A stretch of DNA of 64,000 nt, taken from IMG/VR virus record IMGVR_UViG_3300036766_002286. One strand, written 5' to 3'. This document shows, piece after piece, positions 50,312 through 61,087 of the stretch. Position 1 is the stretch's first letter; every line of letters starts with the position of its first letter. The notes beneath the pieces were generated by a model. That model saw nothing but the letters and a program-made list of their open reading frames with translations. It was not told the origin of the DNA and did not search any database. This stretch comes from a virus (Duplodnaviria; Caudoviricetes). The translations under genes were made by a program, and so were the position numbers.

Positions 50312-53251
50312 ATGTATACATTTTCTAGATTTTGTAAGCGAGTCGTAAGGCTGCTGTTAGTTTGCGGCCTTTTAGCGTTACCCAGCTTAATCCTCTCCAA
50401 CGGAGCAACCGCTATAGCAGGAACAAGATATTGGGTAGGTGGAACTGGAAACTGGGATGCATCAACTACTACACATTGGTCAGAAACGTCTGGGGGTGCC
50501 GGCGGCGCTGCTGTACCTACTTTTGAAGATGCAGTTATATTTAACTCAGCATCGAACGCAACAGCCTATACGGTTACAGTAACTACGGCTGCGAATGCTG
50601 CTGATATCACTTTTGCTAATCCGGCTTCTGGTGCTTTAACATTTGCTGGGTCATCTACTTTAAATGTGTATGGAAACTTTGCTATAAGCTCCGCTATTAC
50701 TAGAAACTTTACAGGAGCACTTAATTTTGTAGCCACATCTACAGGTAAAACTATTACAGCAAATGGAATAACTTTTGATTCAACTACAACTTTTGAAGGA
50801 GTTGGGGGTGGATGGACTTTGCAAGACGCCTGGCAAACCTCTGCTAGCTTTTGGCTGAAGGCGGGATCGTTGAATACAAATGGAAAAACTGTTACCGTCT
50901 TTGGGGGGATGTATCTTCAAGCTGGGACTACTCGTGCATTAACACTTGGCGCAAGCGTAGTGACTGCCTCAGGGGGATGGATCGCAGGCCAAGATCCAAA
51001 CGGACTAACTATTGATGCTGGCACCTCCATAATAAATACCCCAACCCTGTCAGGAGGAGACCTAACATATAATGTCGTTAACTTCGACGCTGTAAATAAT
51101 TTGAGCATATCCGGTACTAACACATTTGCAACCGTAACGTACTCAGGCGCAGGACCGGGTGCCGGGGCAGGCGAGACTACTGCTAATATGATACTGAGTG
51201 ATAATCAAATCATAGGCACATTAATCATAAATGGTGATTCAACAACAGATCGAGTTCTTGTCACATCTGATACAATAGGAACGCCAAGAACATTAACAGT
51301 GAACACACTACTAACTGTAACTAATATAGACTTTCGTGATATTACTGGTGCTGGAGCGATATCTTGGAATCTGGCTGCAATTACAGGAAAATCCGGTGAT
51401 GCTGGAGGAAATAGTGGAATAACTTTTACACCAAGTGCTACACAAACAGCGAACGGAACCACATCTTTTAGCTGGTCAGACGTCTCTCGTTGGACATCTA
51501 GAGTCCCACTACCGCAAGATGACGTGATCATTAATTTACCATTTGAAGCAGACCAAACAATATTAATGGACATGGGTCGTTCAGGAAGAAATATAGACTT
51601 TACAGGCACAACATGGACGGGCACACTAACTCTAGACCCTGCAGGCAACGATCAAGGAGAGGGAGATATTTTTGGTTCATTAACCCTAGTTCCCAACATG
51701 ACTGTGCTAGCGGAAAGATACTGGGTATTTGCAGGCAGAGCAAATTACACCCTAACAACAGCTGGAATAATATTAGAACGTAGCATTTTTCTACAGGCCC
51801 CAGGTGGCACACTAACATTGGGTGGCAACCTAACTCTGGGCCCAACGAGATTCCTGAACGTCTACGCAGGTACATTAGATGTTTCGGCTTCTAATTATAT
51901 AATCTCAGCGGGGAGTATCCTAGCCCAAGATTCTACAACGACAATAAATTTTGGCTCGGCCGTTCATCTAATAACTGGTGCGGGTACTGCGTTATCCGTT
52001 AATTCAGATAGTACTCTCAACTCAGGAACTTCCATTATTAAATTTACAGACACTTCAGATACAGAGATATATGTAAGTGGCGGTGGTAAAACATATAACA
52101 ATGTGTGGTTTTCACGCGGATCCTCAACTGGAGATATCTATATAGATGGAGCCAATACATTTGCAGACTTCAAGGACGATGGAACTTCTGCTCACACAAT
52201 ATACTTTCAAGAAGATACTATTCAAACCTTTAATACTTTCACAGTTTCTGGCTCAGCTGGTAATTTAATTTCTCTTGACACGGCTTGGCCTGATGTTATC
52301 GGAACATATACACTCACTAAGGCAGGCTCCGGTCAGATATCTAGCGATTATTTAAACATTCAACACGCCATTGCTACCCCGGCTAACACATGGTATGCCG
52401 GGGTGAATAGTGTTAACAATCAGGCAGTCTCGCCAAATGGATCAGGTTGGATTTTTTCGGTACCAGTGCCCCCTACCACAACAACTACTACCACTACAGT
52501 ACCCGCTACAACCACAACCACTACAATACCAGCAACAACTACAACCACTATTATTATTCCAAACACATCAACTACGACACCGGCAACAATCCCAGAAACC
52601 ACAACAACTACTATTGCACCACTCGGTATTCCGAGTGCACCTTTTGGTGTGACTGGTATTCCAGGCAACCGTCGTGTAGTATTACATTGGGAAGCTCCTA
52701 TAGACTCTGGTGATACTCCCATTGTAGATTATGTAGTAGAGTACACTATAGATGGTGGTAGATCTTGGGATTCTATACGTACAGGCCAATCTGCCAGGAC
52801 AAGGGCGGTTTTAGTAAACCTACAAAATGGTCAACCCTACAAGTTCAGAGTTATAGCAGTAAACGACTCTGGACAAAGTGATCCATCCAGCGCATCTGCG
52901 CGTATTATACCAAGAGCACCAGCACTACCACCTGTAGTACAAACTACCACTACAACTACTACGGTTGCGATAAGTGTGCCGACTACAGTACTAGAAAGTG
53001 GCACAACTTCTACGGTCACAACAGTCCTTAGCTCAACATCTACTAGTGTAGCAAACAATATCTCAACTACGACTATCCCAGTTATAGTTATCACAGTTAC
53101 AAATAGTACAGTAATAGAAACTATGACCACAACTATAATTAGAACATGCGTTCTTGCAGCGGGCGGCCAGAAGTGTACTACAAGAACACAACAGCGCAGG
53201 CTAGTAAATTATGGGTTTTCAGCGCACTCTTTCATAGATTCTAGGCGGTAA
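50312..53251 (+). CDS. Large exported beta-rich protein with Thr-rich linkers and one fibronectin type III domain
   Basis: Signal peptide; RYWVGGTGNW...VPT..D.V.F, with a related W....W...VP...DDV block later; poly-Thr tracts; LHWEAP...Y.VEY...YKFRV.AVN..G.S.PS. Confidence 0.85.
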   Translation: MYTFSRFCKRVVRLLLVCGLLALPSLILSNGATAIAGTRYWVGGTGNWDASTTTHWSETSGGAGGAAVPTFEDAVIFNSASNATAYTVTVTTAANAADITFANPASGALTFAGSSTLNVYGNFAISSAITRNFTGALNFVATSTGKTITANGITFDSTTTFEGVGGGWTLQDAWQTSASFWLKAGSLNTNGKTVTVFGGMYLQAGTTRALTLGASVVTASGGWIAGQDPNGLTIDAGTSIINTPTLSGGDLTYNVVNFDAVNNLSISGTNTFATVTYSGAGPGAGAGETTANMILSDNQIIGTLIINGDSTTDRVLVTSDTIGTPRTLTVNTLLTVTNIDFRDITGAGAISWNLAAITGKSGDAGGNSGITFTPSATQTANGTTSFSWSDVSRWTSRVPLPQDDVIINLPFEADQTILMDMGRSGRNIDFTGTTWTGTLTLDPAGNDQGEGDIFGSLTLVPNMTVLAERYWVFAGRANYTLTTAGIILERSIFLQAPGGTLTLGGNLTLGPTRFLNVYAGTLDVSASNYIISAGSILAQDSTTTINFGSAVHLITGAGTALSVNSDSTLNSGTSIIKFTDTSDTEIYVSGGGKTYNNVWFSRGSSTGDIYIDGANTFADFKDDGTSAHTIYFQEDTIQTFNTFTVSGSAGNLISLDTAWPDVIGTYTLTKAGSGQISSDYLNIQHAIATPANTWYAGVNSVNNQAVSPNGSGWIFSVPVPPTTTTTTTTVPATTTTTTIPATTTTTIIIPNTSTTTPATIPETTTTTIAPLGIPSAPFGVTGIPGNRRVVLHWEAPIDSGDTPIVDYVVEYTIDGGRSWDSIRTGQSARTRAVLVNLQNGQPYKFRVIAVNDSGQSDPSSASARIIPRAPALPPVVQTTTTTTTVAISVPTTVLESGTTSTVTTVLSSTSTSVANNISTTTIPVIVITVTNSTVIETMTTTIIRTCVLAAGGQKCTTRTQQRRLVNYGFSAHSFIDSRR

Positions 53252-53298
53252 AAGATTTTATACAGGATGCTAGTTTTGAACAAAGACAACTCAACTGT

Positions 53299-54225
53299 TC
53301 ACAGATCGCTTTTAGCTTGTACCTCTAGCATATCTATGAGTAAAGCTGGATCAGACAATAGAAATGTATGACGAGCCCCAGGAACAATCACAATTTGAGC
53401 GCCCAACCTTAGAGCGGATTTCCGTTGCATCTCTGGAGATAAAACTTCATCAAACTCAGGAATAAGCCACCGGCAGGATGGAAGGTCTAAATCATTCCAT
53501 CTATGTCCATTTAGTGCGCGCATGCAAGCACCGCTCACGACTAACGTACGTAATGGCGGATGGTGAAGTAATGATTCTATTGACACTTGTCCAAAAAAAG
53601 CAGGAATGAGTTGTATATTGTGAATAAAATCCGTCAGTGAAAAGGATCGATCATGAAAGTCCACACTTTTATTATAAGGATCACTTGCAGACGCGCTTAA
53701 ATCCCGCCAACATGTTGTACTCGCTACTATTGTTATGTCTTTAAATCTACCCGGAGATCTTTCAACGGCTGCCAGTGCAACCGGGCCACCAAGAGAAAAC
53801 CCGACAAGGCGCATACTTGCCCAACCTAAATCATTCGCTACTGCGAGCACACAATCCGCTGCTAAATCGAAACTAAAAGGCTTGCCTCCACGCGACAACC
53901 CATGTCCAGGCAAGTCAATAATTGCAAAAGGAGAAGTTATCTTATTTATTACACCAACCCAAGCAGATTCCGCACATTGACCCCAGCCATGTATAAATAT
54001 TATTGGAGACATATTTGGGTCAATACCTGGAGAGTAGCGAAAGCCCACAACACCGTCACGGCACTGAACTGTTCTGCGCTCCCCTGGCAATAAACATTCG
54101 CTCGACGCCACACCCACGGCCTCTCGAATCGCACCAACAAACGATCTTAATATGTCGTTACCAATCGTACCCGCAGCAACCGCGAAAGTAGCGGCGTCAG
54201 AAATGATACGGCGCGGCAATAGCAT
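53299..54225 (-). CDS. Alpha/beta-fold hydrolase
   Basis: FIHGWG, DLPGHG, GFSLGG nucleophile elbow, DEVL and GARH; start uncertain. Confidence 0.85.
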   Translation of the reverse strand: MLLPRRIISDAATFAVAAGTIGNDILRSFVGAIREAVGVASSECLLPGERRTVQCRDGVVGFRYSPGIDPNMSPIIFIHGWGQCAESAWVGVINKITSPFAIIDLPGHGLSRGGKPFSFDLAADCVLAVANDLGWASMRLVGFSLGGPVALAAVERSPGRFKDITIVASTTCWRDLSASASDPYNKSVDFHDRSFSLTDFIHNIQLIPAFFGQVSIESLLHHPPLRTLVVSGACMRALNGHRWNDLDLPSCRWLIPEFDEVLSPEMQRKSALRLGAQIVIVPGARHTFLLSDPALLIDMLEVQAKSDL

Positions 54226-54331
54226 ACTATAAATTGTGCACAAAATCAACAAGACAGCACACAATTATATAAAAATCTGCGTACTATATATAATATGTGC
54301 ATATAACTAGTCATACAGCACTGTATGACAT

Positions 54332-54805
54332 GTGATTTTTAGACATGAACATAGAAAAAAATACAAGGTAAGTATACTTATCATATTTGGAGCTCTTATA
54401 ACCAGTCAAGCCCCGGTAAAGGCCGCCACTATAAAAGAAGCCTCCTTCGCCAACTCAGTTCTGCAGTCTATATACATACTACCCGAGCTTACTATTGACG
54501 TTAAGGATTCTGTGGTTACTTCTTTAAATTTTACTTCCAGTAAAAAAGGTGTAATTAAACAAGCCCGCAACATGTGTATGATGGCACGCAAATCCAATGG
54601 AGAACAGCTCTTATATGAATTTATCACAGAAAAATATAATAACATGCAAGCGGCCATAGATAGTTATCCAGACAATCAAGATTTTCTTTTGGGAGTATTT
54701 GCCTCTGATATAATTATAGTTTCTCTAGCTGCCGGCCCTGGTGGTTTTTGTCCAAAGTACAATAACACTGTTGTTAACGCTATTGATCGCTGGGCCAGTA
54801 CTTAA
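54332..54805 (+). CDS. Hypothetical exported protein
   Basis: Signal-like N-terminus; two Cys (NMC, FCP). Confidence 0.65.
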   Translation: MIFRHEHRKKYKVSILIIFGALITSQAPVKAATIKEASFANSVLQSIYILPELTIDVKDSVVTSLNFTSSKKGVIKQARNMCMMARKSNGEQLLYEFITEKYNNMQAAIDSYPDNQDFLLGVFASDIIIVSLAAGPGGFCPKYNNTVVNAIDRWAST

Positions 54806-54889
54806 AAAAAACAATACACAACACACTCTTTGCTATGGTGCTTGGTTACTTAATTATTTTAGCTAATAACGTATTTTAAAATTTCAGTT

Positions 54890-55669
54890 TTAAGAAAACC
54901 AGGTTTGTAATCGCGCCCTATGTAGTGCTAGAGCCCCACCAACCGTTGCTACAACCACACTAGTTTCAGCATGGCTATTATCTACTTTTAAATCAACCCC
55001 CGGCCAGTTGTCCAGAGCGGTTTCACCTTCATGCTGTAATGCTTTCGGGTCGGCAATCACACCGTCACGGGTTAATAGTCTAGCTGCTTTAATATCATGT
55101 TCCACATGTAAACGGACCAAAAACATCCCAATCTCTCTACAGTGTCCAGCTTCTTTAGGAAATCTCCCATCCCCCATATACACTGATGTCCCGCTAGCAA
55201 GCAAACCTAAAATACGAGGCACTACCATACGCACGTAACGCTCCGGATCTTCTTCTCGTGCCTCGCTACCAAGATATTGTAGTGCTCGTCGCGTCTCTGG
55301 TGTTCGCGACCAACCGGTCAACCCATGTAATGGATCGCGTGTAATATCCCACAATGCATCCACTATAAATTCGGCATGTTGGGACTTCAGATCTAACATT
55401 TCTGCAACTTCAATTATTGCAGAAGCTTTATCTGGCATATAAGCGAGTTTTTCTAAAATTGTGGTTGCCTCTAATTTTATTCCATCAGCCACCCCAGCTC
55501 GCACATGTTCTTGAGCTCCTAAAAAACTCATAACTGCTGGACCTATTGTATCTTTACCACTTGCCTGCGGTCCGGACACTACTAAAGCTACAACTGTGCC
55601 CTCTGCCAAATTTTTCATGGCCGAAGTAGCAATATCGTCTGGCGTACCCATAATTTTTGCAGTATGCAT
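54890..55669 (-). CDS. Phage-type deoxynucleoside monophosphate kinase-like protein
   Basis: GPQASGKDT P-loop, RRALQYLGSE.R..DP..YV, DGRFPKE, HEGE; start uncertain. Confidence 0.75.
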   Translation of the reverse strand: MHTAKIMGTPDDIATSAMKNLAEGTVVALVVSGPQASGKDTIGPAVMSFLGAQEHVRAGVADGIKLEATTILEKLAYMPDKASAIIEVAEMLDLKSQHAEFIVDALWDITRDPLHGLTGWSRTPETRRALQYLGSEAREEDPERYVRMVVPRILGLLASGTSVYMGDGRFPKEAGHCREIGMFLVRLHVEHDIKAARLLTRDGVIADPKALQHEGETALDNWPGVDLKVDNSHAETSVVVATVGGALALHRARLQTWFS

Positions 55670-55880
55670 GAATTTCTCTTTAGTGCGCACGTGATCGTAC
55701 GCCGCTAACACAATACTCCCAGTGTGTTTATAATGCATAAGCACCGCCCTTTTCCTCACTTATTATTGTGCATAGAAGTAGTATTTAGGCATTTAATCTG
55801 CCTAAAGATGCAGTCTATGAACCCTGTAATATATGCTAAATACTGGTGCGGTCATATGTCACGTCTATTTATACTATATG

Positions 55881-56459
55881 TTAGATCTCTGATTTACGGG
55901 CTAAAATTTCAAATATCGCTATTTTCAATTTTTCTAGATCACCATCATTAACGACATGTTCATCGGCTAGTACAATAGGTCTTGCTTTATCTAAAGCAGA
56001 AAGCTCCGCTATGTCTCGATTATCTAGCTCAATTTTTGACAAGCTACGATTACCACGCAGTGCTGCTCTTTTGTATCGAAGGGCCATTGGAGTATGTATC
56101 GCAATCGTTATCATTTGCGTAGCTATTTCTTTTCTAAATATTTCAACTTCTGCCAGTGAATAAATTCCATCTATTACGACTTTGTTACCGGCCTCTAATA
56201 AAGTTTTAATACCTGCAACGGATCTCTTCGCCATCACATCCATGCCCTCAAGCACTCTAAGATCTTCGCGCACTATTTTCTCATTTTCATGATTACGCAC
56301 TAACCCGCGTCTATCTATTTCATTAAGTACAACATCACCAAAATACACTACACTATAACCATTCTCACGTAAAAATTCTGTGACCGTAGATTTTCCCGCT
56401 CCAGCTAATCCAACAAAACCTACTAGTTGTGGCATCTTATCATTTATTTCTATGTTCAT
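55881..56459 (-). CDS. P-loop kinase, dephospho-CoA kinase/UPF0200-like
   Basis: GLAGAGKST, FGDVV..E..RRGL, VVIDG.YS..E, RD..EL, AD..VVNDG. Confidence 0.75.
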   Translation of the reverse strand: MNIEINDKMPQLVGFVGLAGAGKSTVTEFLRENGYSVVYFGDVVLNEIDRRGLVRNHENEKIVREDLRVLEGMDVMAKRSVAGIKTLLEAGNKVVIDGIYSLAEVEIFRKEIATQMITIAIHTPMALRYKRAALRGNRSLSKIELDNRDIAELSALDKARPIVLADEHVVNDGDLEKLKIAIFEILARKSEI

Positions 56460-56696
56460 TTCAGTTTACCAATTCCTACTTGTGCTTTACATATTGTACA
56501 TAAAGGCTCACTTATTATTGTGCATACTTAAGTGTAATAAGCATATACCCCGGATAAAACATAAGTCACACAACCAAGTTTCAATGGTCAGGAGGCCCAA
56601 CATTCTCGCACGTCAACTAACTAATAATACTAGGGTAGTTTACTAACAAAAAGGCAGGGAAAATTTTTTTAGTCAGTATTAATATTTATAATAATA

Positions 56697-59210
56697 TTAC
56701 AACAAAACTCTTTTTATCAAATCCTCATTTATCAATTTCGCCCATCTACTAGATCCTGGGGCATTTGATGCACCATTCCCTGAACAGATTACTTCAACAG
56801 AAAATCCAACTTTAGCAAGCTCGCCTAAAATAAAATTACCTGGCCCACAATTAGACATTTCTTCCTGGCACCATACAATAGGTAGACCACCTGTTTTAGA
56901 TGCTTCCAATAATTCACACAATTCTATAATTGGTAGCGGGTACAGGTCTTCAATTCTAATAATCTGTATGTCCTTTATATTGCTAGCCGCAGCTGCCTCT
57001 ACAATATTCGCCCCAAGTTTACTATAACATAAAATTGTTTTGCGCACTTCAGAATTTTTGTTAGTTACAAGCAGCGACTGCCATCTGCCTTCTGATAGCT
57101 CACTAACTGCGGATCTTGATCCAATCGCCCGCAACTGTGATTTGGGGGTAAATATTATAAGTGGACAGCGCGGGGACTCCAAAGCTTGTGCCCTAAGCAA
57201 ATGAAATATCTGTGCTCCTGTACTAGGACAAGACAATCGTAATGCTCCAGGCGTAGCGAGTTGTAGGAATCTCTCAACACGTGCTGATGAATGTTCCGGA
57301 CCCTGCCCCTCAGCGCCATGAGGCAGTAGTAGCACTAGTCCAGAAGGATATTCCCATTTGGATTCTCCATTACTTATACAAGTATCAATTGTAATTTGTG
57401 CCCCGTTCGCAAAGTCCCCAAACTGTGCTTCCCACAATACTAGCGTGTTTCCACGGGCCTCTACATCATATCCATATTCAAAAGATAACGCTGCATATTC
57501 GCTAAGAAGTGAATCATATACTTGAAATTTACCAGGCCCAAGAGTGGAAAATCTAGAATTTCTCACACCAGTTTTTTGATCAACTACTATAGCATGCCTT
57601 TGGGCAAAAGTTCCTCGTGCACTATCTTGCCCGCTAAGTCGTATATTTTTACCCTGGCAAAGCAGCGACCCGTACGCCAATGCTTCGCCAACAGCAAAAG
57701 TTAAGGATCCTGCTCGTAAATCACTCAATTGTTCATCTAAAATCCGCTGGATTTTTTCATGGGTGTTCGGCTGTTTAAAGTAAAGATGTTCAGCTATTTT
57801 TAGTAAATCATCAGTTCTTACTCGAGTATCTACTACCGTTTTCGCGCATGTTGGCATAACTACAGGTAGTGTGTTATAAGCTGTTGTTTGTAATGCTTTT
57901 ATATCGGCTTCTATTGTCTTAAAATTTTCTAGAGCACTCTGATACAGCGTCTCTGCATCTCCGCTCTCTAAATTACCTCTCTCTTTTAGAACATCACAAT
58001 ATTGCTTGTAAGCGTTCGGCAGTTTTTCAATTTTGTTATATAGCAGCGGTTGAGTGTATATTGGGTCATCACCCTCATTGTGGCCATTTGTCCGCCAGGC
58101 CTGTACATGTACTATCACATCTGATTGCAATTTTTCTCGCAAGAAAAGCGCTAATTTTCCAGCTCTAAAGCACGCTTCGCAATCTAAACCGTTCACACGA
58201 ATAATAGGCGTATCACATGCCCGCCCCGGACTTGATGCAAACCGCCCAGATCGTCCAGCCTCCGGGTTTGTCGTGAACCCTAGTTGATTATCTACTATAA
58301 TATGTATTGCTCCGGAAACCTCAAATGCCTCAAGTTTTTGCATCTGAAGCACTTCAGATACCACACCTTGTCCACAAAATGCTGCGTCTCCATGTACAAG
58401 GACTCCTAAAGTACTTGTGCCTGTATCTCTCAAAGCCCGAACCATACCTAAGGTTACTGGCGTTACTGCCTCCAAATGCGACGGATTCCAAAGCATAGAT
58501 ACTGCTATTTTATCATCTAACGGGTATCGTCCATCAAATCCTATATGTACATTAACATCTCCAAGTCCTTTTGGCGTATCCTGCAGCTGATCTGAAAATG
58601 CCACAAACAATTCCGCAGCACTCATACCCACAACATGACATAAAATGTTGAACCGTCCGCGATGTGGAGATCCTATTAAAACTTTTTTGATACCGACATC
58701 TGGTACATTTACCATTATACCGGTAAAAACACTTAGTATATTCTCTGATCCCTCAATCCCAAAACGTTTCACACTAGAAAAGCGCAATCCAAAGGTTTCT
58801 TCCAGTGCCTCACAGCTAGCTAGTTGTATTAGTAGCGAATCTTGTGTTGTCTCGTCTATGGTTAAATATTTATATTCTAGAAAAGCTGCTCTGGCGATTT
58901 TCGCACTGTCTGGTTCCATATGAGAAGTCTCTATACTTATCGCACCACACCACGTAGCAATCAAGCGCGAAAGGAGTACTTCAGCTTTAATAGGAGAGTC
59001 AATCTGGCATCCTAGTTCATTGATCCATAATTCGTTGTCTGAGCCAAGACTATGGAAAGCCAAGGTTAGCTCTGGAAGAAAGATTACATCACAAAGAGGA
59101 TTAGTTTTGGCACTAATATGTCCGAACTGAATGAAACTATTCACAAGATTCAAACCATTGATTATGTTCATGGTCATTTGCTTGGTTTCTGGGTTTTTGC
59201 TATCCGTCAT
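56697..59210 (-). CDS. sucA: 2-oxoglutarate dehydrogenase E1-like (ThDP-dependent), divergent and standalone
   Basis: KRFGIEG, HRGR, NPSHLE, HGDAAF.GQGVV, GHNE, SGQD..RGTF.QRH, WEAQFGDF.NGAQ, PHG.EGQGPEHSSAR.ERFLQ. Confidence 0.9.
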   Translation of the reverse strand: MTDSKNPETKQMTMNIINGLNLVNSFIQFGHISAKTNPLCDVIFLPELTLAFHSLGSDNELWINELGCQIDSPIKAEVLLSRLIATWCGAISIETSHMEPDSAKIARAAFLEYKYLTIDETTQDSLLIQLASCEALEETFGLRFSSVKRFGIEGSENILSVFTGIMVNVPDVGIKKVLIGSPHRGRFNILCHVVGMSAAELFVAFSDQLQDTPKGLGDVNVHIGFDGRYPLDDKIAVSMLWNPSHLEAVTPVTLGMVRALRDTGTSTLGVLVHGDAAFCGQGVVSEVLQMQKLEAFEVSGAIHIIVDNQLGFTTNPEAGRSGRFASSPGRACDTPIIRVNGLDCEACFRAGKLALFLREKLQSDVIVHVQAWRTNGHNEGDDPIYTQPLLYNKIEKLPNAYKQYCDVLKERGNLESGDAETLYQSALENFKTIEADIKALQTTAYNTLPVVMPTCAKTVVDTRVRTDDLLKIAEHLYFKQPNTHEKIQRILDEQLSDLRAGSLTFAVGEALAYGSLLCQGKNIRLSGQDSARGTFAQRHAIVVDQKTGVRNSRFSTLGPGKFQVYDSLLSEYAALSFEYGYDVEARGNTLVLWEAQFGDFANGAQITIDTCISNGESKWEYPSGLVLLLPHGAEGQGPEHSSARVERFLQLATPGALRLSCPSTGAQIFHLLRAQALESPRCPLIIFTPKSQLRAIGSRSAVSELSEGRWQSLLVTNKNSEVRKTILCYSKLGANIVEAAAASNIKDIQIIRIEDLYPLPIIELCELLEASKTGGLPIVWCQEEMSNCGPGNFILGELAKVGFSVEVICSGNGASNAPGSSRWAKLINEDLIKRVLL

Positions 59211-59490
59211 TATCACCCCTTTTATCCTATTAACTCTACAATTGATTGTGCTAATTCCTAAGGGTAAGGCATATAATACAGCGGTATTTACGGTAACCTA
59301 CCATCTTTCATTTATCGTGATTAGGTATATCAATCCTAGTTATAACTGGTTGCACCGGCCCAGCTGTCAAGCACAATAAATATACATGGCTGTCACCTCT
59401 AGGTTATTTGAAAGCAATCAAATAGCAAGGAAAATAGTTATAGTTAATTAGCATCTCGCGCGTATAGTATAAAACAATACAGGAGATATT

Positions 59491-59811
59491 ATGAGTGAAT
59501 CTTTACCAACCAGTGCAATCCGCTGGAGCATAGAACAACTTGACGCACGAATGGAGTCCGAGTGGCTTGAAAGCGACGAATACAAAAACAGGGAACGAGG
59601 TCGTGGTGCGTCAGAGCCTAACCGTGAGTGGTGGGAAACGAAATTCTTTTACAAGGAAATCCGCGAGCAGAATGAACAGTTGCAAGCCTTGTCGAATGCA
59701 CTCAAAGAAAAACAGGAAAAACTCGATAACACAATTGGTGTGCTGTCCGAACAATTGACAGTCATCCATATCCAACGGGCACGAATAGCAGAACTAGAGG
59801 GAGGTAAGTAA
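59491..59811 (+). CDS. Small coiled-coil protein (TxAIR/QLxAL family)
   Basis: AGGAG SD; LPTSAIRWSI...EQLQAL. Confidence 0.8.
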   Translation: MSESLPTSAIRWSIEQLDARMESEWLESDEYKNRERGRGASEPNREWWETKFFYKEIREQNEQLQALSNALKEKQEKLDNTIGVLSEQLTVIHIQRARIAELEGGK

Positions 59812-59975
59812 TGGGATTTTTGATAGGTGATAAGATTCGCAGAATCGACGACAAAACCCGTTGTGGCAAGGTATTGGATTTTGAGGAGTGTCCTGATTTT
59901 TATAGTGGTGTGAGTATTATCACGCCAGAGGGCGGCCATGAACTTTGGCGTTTGGAGGATTGTGAACATGACTGA
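59811..59975 (+). CDS. Small hypothetical protein (54 aa)
   Basis: GGAGG SD, TAATG overlap; MGFLIGDKIRRID...; absent from the ORF track. Confidence 0.6.
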   Translation: MGFLIGDKIRRIDDKTRCGKVLDFEECPDFYSGVSIITPEGGHELWRLEDCEHD

Positions 59976-60189
59976 GTTAATGATGGACACTGAAAGTTGC
60001 ATGAAGATTTTAAGCGATATTAAAGGAATCAAAGCAACAATTAAAGCCTATGAAACACATGTTTCCAGTGATCTCAACAGAATAAACCCAGGAACCGTTC
60101 TTGACTTGATAACACAAATCGAGAGCGGATTTCAAGAGTTGCGAAAAACCCTTCTCAATGCCTCCTACTCTGAGTTCGCAAAGGAATAA
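59968..60189 (+). CDS. Small hypothetical protein
   Basis: GGAGG SD before ATG 59968. Confidence 0.65.
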   Translation: MTELMMDTESCMKILSDIKGIKATIKAYETHVSSDLNRINPGTVLDLITQIESGFQELRKTLLNASYSEFAKE

Positions 60190-60191
60190 CT

Positions 60192-60530
60192 ATGACAAGC
60201 ACAATTCCAGCACTAAATAGACTTGAAGAGTGGTTGCAAAGCAATCCAGAGATAGTCGCATTTGGTCAAACTGCTGCCGTCGACTCATACTTAAATGCTG
60301 TGTCAACCAATGCTCCACTTACTGGCAGAGATGAGGATCATCATGCTGCTTTCAAACGCAACCAAGGAGAGAGTAACCGTGCTGCCTACAATCGCTTCTT
60401 GCGTGAACAAGAGGATCGTGCTGCAGTTAAGGTGTGGATCGCCAACGGACGTCTTAACTATCACGATCTGTTGTGCCCTTTTCCTACACCTTCAGATGAA
60501 GCTCTAGAAAAATGGTTTGGAGCTGAGTGA
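60192..60530 (+). CDS. Hypothetical protein
   Basis: AAGGA SD; tightly packed. Confidence 0.7.
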   Translation: MTSTIPALNRLEEWLQSNPEIVAFGQTAAVDSYLNAVSTNAPLTGRDEDHHAAFKRNQGESNRAAYNRFLREQEDRAAVKVWIANGRLNYHDLLCPFPTPSDEALEKWFGAE

Positions 60531-60531
60531 C

Positions 60532-60756
60532 ATGACCATCGAACCATGGCAAGAGAGACACAAAGCATTCTTTGGCGAATATCCAAAGCGACAGCGTTCC
60601 AAAATCACAGATGATCTTAATCAAGACAATGCAAACGACTATTCGTGGGAAGAGCGCTTTGAGATCGAAAAAGGTCGTCCTCCAACCAGCGAGGAACGTG
60701 CGGACTTCGTTGATATGCTCAATGGTATTTTTGGCACTAATAAGGAGGCATCATGA
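60532..60756 (+). CDS. Small hypothetical protein
   Basis: GGAG SD; tightly packed. Confidence 0.65.
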   Translation: MTIEPWQERHKAFFGEYPKRQRSKITDDLNQDNANDYSWEERFEIEKGRPPTSEERADFVDMLNGIFGTNKEAS

Positions 60757-61043
60757 CCGACATCAACTCTAAGCGCTCGTCTGCTTCCCTGCTACCAACA
60801 GACGCAATCCGCTTAGTTATCAGAGACCTTGAAGAACAAGTCAGAACTGGCGAAAGTTATGCTAGTCCGTCCGAAGCAACAGAGCAGTTGCGGGCTTTAG
60901 AGGATGCACTCACAGCGAAAGACCAACGAGTGGCAGAATTCGTAGTCGTAATCAGAGGGCTAATTGAATCGTCAGATACATTGACTCCGTATGTAGAAAG
61001 TCGCTTGCGAAAACTTCTCACAAAAGACGAGTTAACAAGATGA
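60753..61043 (+). CDS. Small coiled-coil protein (TxAIR/QLxAL family)
   Basis: AAGGAGG SD; LPTDAIRLVI...EQLRAL. Confidence 0.8.
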   Translation: MTDINSKRSSASLLPTDAIRLVIRDLEEQVRTGESYASPSEATEQLRALEDALTAKDQRVAEFVVVIRGLIESSDTLTPYVESRLRKLLTKDELTR

Positions 61044-61087
61044 CCGCTGACAATACTAGAAACAAAATAACAATTAAAGGAATCACT

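Noticed and set aside
52470-53140. ACN-rich tandem repeats and the Val-rich or His/Tyr-rich ORFs over them
   Set aside because: Explained by the poly-Thr linkers of the 50312..53251 protein.
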